Assembly (NCBI GenBank): GCA_030141605.1
Contig: JAQGDQ010000004.1
Location: forward strand, 1,736,001 to 1,800,000
DNA length: 64,000 nt
DNA from: Tubiluchus corallicola
Taxonomy: Eukaryota > Animalia > Priapulida
Direction of reading: 5' to 3'
Part shown: positions 49,701 through 60,800 of the stretch, piece after piece
Layout of the letters: each line of letters begins with the position of its first letter
Position numbering within the stretch: position 1 is the stretch's first letter
Made by a program: the position numbers and the translations under genes
Notes under the pieces: generated by a model
What the model saw: the letters and a program-made list of their open reading frames with translations, nothing else
Database searches by the model: none
Told to the model about the DNA's origin: nothing

Positions 49701-52700
49701 GAAGAAGTCTTTGCGAGAGTCGTTTCGTCGTTTGAGGAAGATTCGACACAAAAAGGATGATGAGAAAAAAGGTGACACATCAGCTGACGCACCAAAGAAA
49801 GGGTGAGTCATGTTTATTATGTTGCAGCTTACAAGACTGAATTTCGAGCAAAAGCTTGTGCAGTTTACATTTTTGATCACAGTAATTTAGCATGACCATA
49901 AGTTTTGAGGTTCACTCATAATTGTAATTTTAATTAGGGATGTCACGAATCAGAAATTACTGAAACCGAATCTCATTTCGTAATAATTTTGCAATCCGGT
50001 TCAAATCCATATCTCAGTTGAAAATAATTTTCGAAACCGAATTGAATTCGAATCTAAATTTTTTTAAACCAATTCTTTTTCATTTCTACACAGTTTTTAA
50101 TCAAGTTATATCAGATTGTGCTTGCAGCAGTGATTTTCAAGAAAAAAAGATCATAGATGATCTGTCTGAGCAGTGAGAGCATGGTTGACACTGCAATTCT
50201 GCACGAATAATTCTGCAATGATAAAAACTATGATTTAGTTTTGCTAAAGTAATACAAGAAATCTTAACATTTCTGATGAAAGTAATAGTTAAAAATCGTA
50301 ATGTGATGCTCGCTTTCATGTAGGATTTCATGAGCTGGACATGCTGAAATTAAATGTGGCAACATTTGCTTATTTCATGTAGGACACAATTACCAAAAAA
50401 GGCAGAAATTTAAGTAATTTGACTGAAAAATTTAGAGGTAAAAGAGGGTTTAATTGCTTTTGTAATAAAGCGGCGCTACCGCCTCTGCAGCCAAAGCTAA
50501 CCAGAACCGGAGTTTAAAAAACTCTGCGGAATCATATCAGACCTAAAGTAACATAGAATTTCAGCAACTCGAATTGAATCAAAGCTCTGATTCGTATTTG
50601 GTTTCAAAGCTTCAATTCGGTAGAGATGTGTGACATACCTAATCATAATTGAACATATCGCACCCGCACAATTGAAAAATTCTTTGGTAAATAAATTTTT
50701 AACATATTAATGTTAATGTTGCAAGTGGAACATTCTAAGAGATTTTCAGTGACATAACTATTCTTAGTGTAAATGTTTGTTGGTTTGTTTCTGGTTTCAT
50801 GTGTGAAAGAAAATTTGGTTTGATGTGTTGTCATTTGGCTTGTCTATGTTGTTTAGTCCTGTATGCAAAAATTCCATTTCTGTACAGGGCTGGAAAATGC
50901 TTTTTTCCTGCAAAGTGATTTTTAGGTGGCCAAATTTCCTGACATGCTTTTTTGACATGTGTAAGCTAAAAAAGCCAAAAACGCATGCAAAAGTGTACAA
51001 AATACATTTTAGCTAGTTTTTCGGGCTTTCAATGTATAGTTGCATTTTTTCTTTTCTTACAATGCTAAATTTCGATTGGGAAGTATTTGTGAAAGTATTA
51101 GGTTTAGAAAAATGGTACATAAAATATTTTAGCACTTACTGTGTCAACTTACTATTATAAACCACCACATTGAGGTTTGTTAATCAAGGAAGTACATTAG
51201 TTTACAAAGGATTCGAGGCTAAGACAAATTTTTCGCTGCTGAGTGATGATTTCCTTCAAAAATTTTTCACTTTTTCATAGATTTCCAGCTCTGTTTCCAT
51301 GTTCTTGATGTTCTATGTTAAGGAAATTCAACACCTTATATATTATCAATAAGCGAAGCACGCATGCTGCATGCGTTGGTATGCCATCCAACCACATGTT
51401 ACCTGGCAAATTTGCTTTTATTAAATGTATATTATTTTTCTGCATCAACACATTATGTTTGGAAAAAAATATGAGTTTTAGTGTTGGTGTCATATATTAC
51501 TGTTTATTATTTTGTGCATCTTACCAGAAGAGGAAAGAGAAGGCTTTGCTTTTAAGCAAATAAATAAACCAGGGTTCATCTAGATAAAAACTGGCATGTG
51601 AGTTTGCTCAGGTGAATCATTTTTCATACGTGTATTACATTAATGTCATTAAAAAATTTGGTTTGTAGTAAAAAAGAAAAGAAAGAGAAAAAGGGTAAAA
51701 AGGGAAAGGAAGAGAAGGCAACAGAGGAAAAACCTCCTGGGGAAGTTGAGGAGGGGAAAGAAAAGCTGGAGGAAGTAGAACCTGGAGCTGAGCAAAAAGA
51801 TGAAGAGAAACATGACGAAAAAATCGAGAGTATCAAAGAGAAGGCTGGAGATGATGATGCACCTCTAAAAATAGAGGATGCTGGAGAGATAATTGCACAA
51901 GATGAGGGCTTTGTAAAGATTGAAGAGCATGAAGAGGCACCAGTAGAAATTATTCTAGAAACTGCACCTGAAGAAAAATTAGAAGAGGAACATTTGAGAA
52001 TCGAAGAACCACAAGATGAATTAAAGATTGTTGAGGAAGCCATTGAAGCAACTGAGGAAATCATTGTTGAAAAGATGGAGGAGAAAACTGATGAGATTGT
52101 ACAACCTGAGATTGATAAACCCGCACCAACTGAAGAAGAGATTGTTGTAGAAGAGAAAGGCGGAGGAGATGAAGAGAAAATTGCTGAGCACACAGGTGTC
52201 ATTGAAGACAAGCCTGTTGATGATGTTGTTCAGGAACAGCTGGTAGAAGAAAGTAAGGCAACAGAAGCTGAAGCGTAAGTAGAAGGTTTGGCATGCCATC
52301 TGCATGGTAGCATGAGCACTATTCGCATGTTGGATCTGTGTTTAGAAAGATAAGCATGCAGCACTTGTGTTGTGAAACCTAGGCATGCAAGTCACGAAAA
52401 TATGAATTCAGTCTTACTGTTTTTGTAAATAACCGGTCTTGTGTGTATGACATGTTTTATGTTAGTTTTGTTATATTCTATATGTTTCATAGTTGACAGT
52501 AATAGCATTGTTTTAAAATTTTAAACATCTATGGCTAATAAGCAGTAATTTGTCAGCATTTATCAGTAATTTATGAACAATATGATTGTATTCAAACAAA
52601 CACAAATGAAGAGTAAATGATGAATGTTATTAATGTCCATCTTACCTTTTGCATTTGTCATAACAGCTGAAACCACACACAACTTCTGACACTTTTTCAA

Positions 52701-54819
52701 AAGCTCTGCAAATTAGAATTTTTCAACTGATGTTACATAGTCAACTTCCAACAAAATGAATGGCAAAGCAATCAAAACATTTTAGCAACTCCTGTCCTGA
52801 AATCTTACTATTTTGTTGATAATTTTGTTTGTAGAACTACATTGATAGTCACCTACTATTCTTGTAGTGAATGAATTTCTAAAAATTCCATTTAGATTGT
52901 ATTTTCCTATGTGTGTGACAATTGCATGGTGAACACTCATATCTATTAATAAGCTGTTCTACTCTACTATCCACAAGACATAATAATGTAGACCATTCCC
53001 TTATTTATTTGAAGCAGATTCTAAAGACTTCCTTAGTGTACCTTGCTTCTTCCATTTATAATATTGATTAACAAACTAAAATCAATAGCTTTTGGAGAAA
53101 GTATATTTTTGTATTCATAGATGTTTTTTATCTTCTGCCCTGTCATTCACTCTGTCTCTAAACAACATGTTTTATAATAACTACACAATGCATTTCTAAA
53201 AGTTATAAATTTCAGCATTTTGTTTAAAATGATATTTCTAATATTGACATTTTATAACAAAATTGCAACTTCTGTGAGCGGAAAAACTTGAACTATGATT
53301 TTGTTACAGCATAATATTTGTATTGCACGCCTTTCATAATGAAAATTATTGTGGATGACTTTTGCTAAACAGGAGTCCTAAAGGTCCAGAATTCGATGAA
53401 AAAGGTGACATCGTACGCTCAGTAGAGAGAGCAATAGAAGAACGACAAGTAGATGACAGCATGGCTTCCATGGTACGGAGTCTGTATTTGACCAGAACCT
53501 ACTTGATCAGTGGTATGCATAACTTACACTTCGTTCAGCACTAACATTAATCATACTGTAAATGGTTTATACCTAATTGATGTGTAGTAGAATTTAACAT
53601 TTTCATTGCGAATTTCTGTTTAAATGGTGTCTTAAACTTGAAAATATGTTTGAAGAGCTTGTAAAATGTTGCATTTGATCTGTGGAAAATTCTGTACAGC
53701 ATTATTGTTCAAAATTTGTTCTAGATTTTGTCATGGTCTTTGTAACAATTGTATTGTAATGTCAATGGTATTGGTGCCCGTTCATATCCCATACCAAAAC
53801 AACAGAAGAGAGATTTGAGCAGAAAAACTTCGCGGAAATCTATCTGAGCAGAAAAACTTCCTGGAAGTCTATGTGTGTTCCATGTTAGTTGTAGTGTATG
53901 GAACAGGTGCTGAGATGTTAGTCACACCCATTCGTCTACCTACTGAACCACACAAATTCATTTTACATCTCATCCTACTTATAGGTGCCAGTATGGCTTC
54001 ATAATAGACAGAACCATTACAACGTAGTTGTGGCGGTGAAAAGAAGTTGTATTTTGTCCCCCCTCGAAATAATGGTTTGCCCCGAACAGACAGCAGATGC
54101 ATAATACCTAAAGTAATGTTCAAAACAAAATTTAAGACAAGTGTTTAAGGCTTGTTAATCAAGGAAGTTCACCACCAAGAAATTATAAAAATTTAGTTAA
54201 ATAATTACTAGTTAAAAATGACCGGGTTCAGTCGGCTCACTGGTGTGAAACTATCAAAACTATAAAACAGAAATTTAAGCAGAAAAACTTGCCAGAAATC
54301 TGTGTGTGCATTATGCATGTACGAAGAGATGCTGTCCATCTATCTATTGAACCACAGAACCACGGAGCCAGTATTCTGTCGCAGGGTGCCAGTATGCAGT
54401 GGCTTCATAATGGACAGAGTCTGGGGTGAAAATTTACCATCATTACACTATTTGCTGTTAAAATGATCTATTTTTTTATGAGCTTGAATTAATTGCAGGC
54501 CATCAACATAATGCAACGCTGTGGGCGGGCACAAATGCAGGTACAATCTATGCATATACACTCACGGTCCCTGATGGAGAGAAGCGGACAGAAGAGCTTG
54601 TAACTGCTCAGCTTGGTAAGTTAATTGCTTTGTTTGATAATGTTGCTCTAGCACCCTTGGGCAACCTAACCTCGTTGACTAGAACCTGTTAAACAGAGCT
54701 ACTAAAGTGTAGAAAAAATCTGTTCTGCAATTCTGTGAGGGCTCAACAGCCCGATGTCAAAATATTCCACTATCTTGCTTTTGTTGCTGGTGCTGGTGGT
54801 GGTGGTGGTGGTGGTGGTG

Positions 54820-54863
<44 letters not shown>

Positions 54864-57800
54864 ACTGCTACTGTAATTATTGATGTTAAATTTGACACTA
54901 AAGCACATTTTACACTTCTTCAATAGGTTATTATAAACATCATGTTGTTGTTGTTGAAGTCGTTGTAGTCGACATTGTCTTCTATATACTTTTACAGTGT
55001 AAAATAACGACTAAGTAAAATTATTAAAGTTGCTGAAATCATGTTGGTGATTCGAATTTGTTCAAAACTCTGGTTACCCTGTGACAGTAAGAGATAGATT
55101 ACGTTTTGTTCCTTGTAAATTTTGTACTATGAGACAAGTGACTTGTATTACTTTCAAAGCCGCACTTTTGTATTTTATCAATACAAATTTTTTTCCTTTT
55201 TTCTTCTGAAACTATTCAACCATTCAAATTGACTTTTCAATTATGGCATAGAATAAATAACCAGCAAAAATTTAGTGAAGGTGTTTTGAGGCGTGAATGA
55301 AGTTCGTACAGTGAACGATCTAGTGAGCTGAGCCGTGAAAAGTCAACATCACAAAATAGCATAAGAACTCGGATACGGTACCTTAATATTCATAATACAT
55401 AGACTAGCAGAAAACTTTAAGTTTATCTGATTGTTGCAGGTGGTGTAAAAAACAGCAACACAACTTACTGTATTTTGAGCTGTTTTTCTGATGTTTTTTT
55501 CTTTTGTTTATGTGAGAGCAAATTGCTTACTTCATATTCATGATTATTGTGTGCCACATATAGCTTCTTATCTCTTCTTCTATCTCAGTAGCATTTGCAG
55601 ATGCACATGCATCAACATTAATAGTTGCTTAACTTGCTACGTTGACAATGATAATAGTAAGTTGTAAACAATTAAACTGTGCTTGTGCTTATTTAATAAT
55701 TAAGACATAATGCCTCTGCTGCATTTGATCTTTCCATGTAAGTTTTATTCATAAAGCTAGGTGTTGTTGGTATGTGTAGTAAAGTAGCGTAATATCTAAC
55801 TTGACATTTGGTTTATTGCAGGTAAAGAAGTGCAGTTAAAACATCGAGCACCTGTATTAGCACTGTGTGTTATCGACTCGCACGGATATCCTCTTCCTGA
55901 TACCATTGACGTACAGAAGCAGAGAATGGCACCGCCCAACATGGATTCTGGACACAAAGTTGTCATTGCTTCCATGGAGCAGTTCAAGGTACCATTTTCC
56001 TTTGCATCAGCACGACTCCTTTATCATCTAAGTAGCTAGTTTTACGTTAAGATGCATATTTAGTGTTTCGCTCAAGGTTATCAAATATGGAAGGCAATTG
56101 ATTTTTGGTGACCATTTTTGCTGTTTGTGTACATATTTTATTTTTTTACATAGGTGTTCCATCTACCAAGCTTAAAGCCTTACTGTAAGTTTAAACTTAC
56201 AGCTCATGAAGGTGCTCTTGTTCGGAAAATTGGCTTCTTAAATTATCGTAGTAGTAAAAGTAAGTGCATTTACACAGTAAAATTGCTAATGGAAGTATAT
56301 AGTTGTGTAATTCTGTTATGTTAGTATGTTGTGTGGCTGAAGTATGGTTTATGTTAGTATGTTGTGTGGTTTGGTTTGAGTAAGGTAATTAAAATCAGTA
56401 CAAGTTTATTAATGTGCCATGAGTGTGCCTAAACCTAATCAGTACTGAATTAAAGTTAAATAGATATGGCTGAATATTCCAAAACACTTTGCTAAAAAGT
56501 TTTCTACTTTACACATTGCATTTGTTTACAATTCTGTGTAGTGTACAACTTAAGAAACAGTTGAGAAGCTGTTAATGCACTTTCTTTTGAATGAGGCTTG
56601 GTGACAATTTGGATTGTGCATCTGTTGTGTTTATTTGGTGGAGGTTGACCACGTAATTGTATAAATTTTGTTTCCAGTGCAAGTCTGCTCGAATAAAATT
56701 TAGAACCCAGTGCTCAGTTTAGTCCAAATATATTTCCAAAACATAATGTTAGTTTCTTCAGAAATTGATAGAAGATGTCTTGCAAATATAATACATGCAT
56801 TGGTAATGATACATGTATACATACATGTATTGCATTGGTATAATACAGCTGTATAACTGCTTTCCATGATAACTGCAGTTAATGACGGCTCAACATCATT
56901 GCCCTGAATTGTGTTTGTTAATAGGATTTTCATTGAGTTGACAGTGTTTTCATTGAATAGTTTGCTGTGTTTTTGTCTATAATTGGTTCGTAAAAGATTG
57001 GTAAGATTCATTTGATGATGACATTGTTGGAGATTTTAATCCACTTGCAACTTTTTGTAGATGAGGAATACAGTGAGTGGTGCTTGACGTGCCTGAGTAA
57101 CCTTGGCGAACTTAGCATTTACACCATACCTCAGCTCCGTCGCCAATTACTTAAACCATGTATTAGAAAAGAGGATATCAAGTATGTCGATTATTTATTT
57201 TTTTGATGACATTTAACAGTGTGTGAATATTTCTTTCTTTGTATGTAGCAATCATGATTTCCCTAAACAGAATTTTGTGTTTAATATTTAATCATAACTT
57301 GTATGGAGATTTTGCTGTTGCATCTGCATGCAAATCACAGACATCTCGATCAACTATGTAATTGAGCACTAAACACATATCCCAGAAAAAAGCACACACA
57401 ACAAGAAACGAAGAATATTTTTGTGTGTATAATGTGAAACATTGCTACTGAACTACTGCTTTCTTGTCATCATTGTCAGGATCACAAAAAAATCCTACAG
57501 TGAATATCAGCATGCTTTTGGAGCTAGTTAAAAATCTGTTTGGTGAGCAAATCATAGAATGATGTTAGCTTTTGAGATTTTTTTGAATTTCTGTGGACAT
57601 AAAACTAACTTTCTATTATCAACATCATTTGTTTTCTAACAAACATGCACAGTCAAGTTACATAAGTGGTTTAATTAAAAGAAATTAGTAGACTAGTAGC
57701 AATTGTAAAACAAATATTGAACCGTGACATTATGGGGCAAAATGTAAGTGTGAGCTCTAAACGGCAGTTTCCATAATTTACGGATAGCTGTATTCCAAGC

Positions 57801-60800
57801 TGCATCTATAAAATGTATTTTCGAATTATTGAACTTCCAATTTTGGCAACTGTTTCTTTAATACATTTTATTATCCAATTAAAAATTTGTGAAAGCAGTC
57901 ACCTTCACACTAATGTACACGAAAATGGCTGCAGTGTAGGAGATATGATTGATTGAAATACACCAAATAACATTGGGATAATGATAGAGATTCCTGGTGA
58001 AAGATTGTGAAAAGATCATTATCTAAAAAATGCACAAAAAGACGCACTTACAATGGCGCAGTGAATTAGTAAAACTACAGGGTTTTTTTATTTGTTGGCC
58101 AATTAATGCCTTTAGAAGGAAGAAACAACAATGTTCTGTGGATTATCCAAGTTCAAGGTCATTTGTTAAACATGTAATATATCATTTCAGCACCAGAATA
58201 CTACAGCTGATGCCATATAATGGGAGAGGTCAAGTGGTGTACTAAGCATTCATGGTTTCTTAATATCTTTATTGGAGTTGCTTTTTACTATGTTTTTCTT
58301 CTTTTAGTGGTATTTCTTCAGCCGTATTTTCTCAACGAGGAGAGGGCTTCTATCAGAACAGTTCTAGTGAAATTATACGTTTCTCGCTGTCAGCCAGCAC
58401 TCGGACTGCTCCTCACTGTATGCTTGAGCTCTCAGCGGATATGCGACCTGCACCATCTCCAGAGCCAGAACCTGAACCTGCCAAAGAACAACAACCGGAA
58501 TCAGAGGAAAAGCAAGCAAAGGAAACTGCAGCCAAGTAAGCTAAATTAGATTACTTGTTAAATTTCAGTAAAGAAAATCCAAGGGTTGATAACAGGTAAT
58601 GCATTGTCACTTAAAAGGGGTAAGTATTGCACTGCATTAACTTTTATTGTGATTATTTCAAAAATTATACTTAAATGACAATATCGTACTTGTTACACGT
58701 TGCAGCTTGCAACTTGAATATATGTACTACTTTAAAACACTTTTTTTATTTCAATGTATGTCTATTTATATTTCTTAAATAATAAAACTACAGTTAAGAA
58801 AAAGAAAAACATAAAGTAAATTTAAGCAACATGTTCATGAAATGTTTCGTATTTATTTTCTTTAGAATCTATTATTATGATTATATTTGATAAACAGAGC
58901 AAACCTCTTTTTGCTGTCTGAAATGTAAATCTAAAACATTTCATTTCTTTTTTTAAATGGTTTTACATGTCTTTGCTTTTTCTTTTTTGGTATTCAATGA
59001 GGCATTCTATCCTTTAACATAACACCCTATTTCAAGATTTTGTTAACACATTTTGCAATACATCATTGCCGAAATTTACGCACTTATTTTTGTTTGCGTA
59101 TGTATTTGTTCTTGTTGGAGTGTGTTTGGGAAACAAATTTTCTTTTTAAAAATGTTATTTTGGTGTCAGGTAGTTTTGGTTACCTTTTATGGTATGATCA
59201 AGCAATTTGTTCTGTTTGTTTATTTTTTTCCATAACAACATTATCAGAGTATTTTCATCTTTTATTTGATATGTGCAATTCCTTTATATGTCTTGAGATA
59301 TACGTGTAGAAATTCAGCCTTATTTTAATTGATCTCAAAGCTTTTTATGCAATTTATTGAGTACAAGTTGATGGGGTAATATATTTTTGTTTTGTAGGGA
59401 AGAGAAAAGTGTGGAAGCCGAGAAGAAAGACAAACCACAAGATTTCTCTGTTGCTGCTGATACAACTGGTGATATCACACAGGACAGTATTACTGATCAT
59501 ACTACGTATGCAAACATCTAATATCTTGGTCAATTTTTCCATGAACATGTTGCATTATCTTTGAAATTATTTTTGGACATTTCTTGGTGATGTGCATCTG
59601 CTTGTGTGTGTGTATGTACGTGCATGAGCATATATTTTTTCTGTCCTTATTATGAATTTGTTCTGTTGCAGGCAAGTAAAAGCAGACACAGTCACAGAAG
59701 GAAAAGCCACAGAAGCTGGTAAGAATTATGTTCATTATTCACTTTATAACATTTTTTCTACTATGCTAAATATAGTAAATAATATGTTGACTTTTTTGTA
59801 GTTTTCTTTCTTACAGTTGATATGCACGTAAACTTGTGTGCTGCATTAATTTTGGCAAACAAATTTTACACTGCATTATTCCACATTCTGCTATTATTTG
59901 AAATGATAAATGCTGATAAAGTCGAAAAATCTTGTTTTTGGGATTTGAGGTGATATTTGCTTGCATTTATTATCATACTATTATAAAATGACAGAAAAAA
60001 CCATTTTATACTGCTGTAGCTGTGCATGCATTTTTCTAAGATTCAAGACTTAATTGTGCCATATAGAAATCATGTGAAAAATTTGAAAACAGTACCCATT
60101 AGCAGACATCTTTATGAAAAAAGACAATGTTCCTGTGCTCTGTAAAGTACTTTTCCAACGACACTCATTTTTCTATTTCCCCGCAGGATTAGACATAATT
60201 TGCGCCCAAGTTGTCGTGTAACTTTTATTTATAGTGTGGCAAACTCCGTAAAAATGTTTCATTTGTCCATATTATTCCTTAAAACAGTTTAGTAATTAAA
60301 TTCTTTTGATTATAAAATTGTTGCCATAGACACGGCTTCCATTGAGGCAAAAATTACAGAAGGGATGGATGAAGGGAAAGAAGAGGGTGATGAAGCCATT
60401 ACACGTGACCTTTATCGTGAGGTCATGACGGCGGTTGAGGGTCGCGATGCTCATGCAAAACCAGAGGGTGAGGAGGATATGAGTGGACATGGAGTACCTA
60501 GTAAAGATTTATTGCTTCAGTCAGGTGCCCCTTTTCCAAAAGAAATAGCATTAAAAGAAGCTCACATTCCTGATGAGGCTGATGTTGAAGAGCATGAAGA
60601 AACCAGCCAAGAAGTGGCAGACGATGGAACCATTACTACCACCAGAGTGATCACCACAAAGACAACCACTAAAACACAACTGGAAGATGACGTAACTGAA
60701 ATAACTACGGAAACTAAAATTGTCACCATAGAAACGCAACAGACACCTGATGGCCAGGTGATCAGTCAAAATGAGAAAACGAATGTGCAAACGCACCAGC

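Noticed and set aside
51624-52305. Long minus-strand ORFs (195 aa and 94 aa; likewise 60551-60874)
   Set aside because: Antisense shadows of Glu-rich plus-strand exons.
54702-54926. Poly-Ala/Gly and poly-Ser/Thr ORFs on both strands
   Set aside because: By-products of an intronic trinucleotide microsatellite; the flanking Lgl exons join without them.
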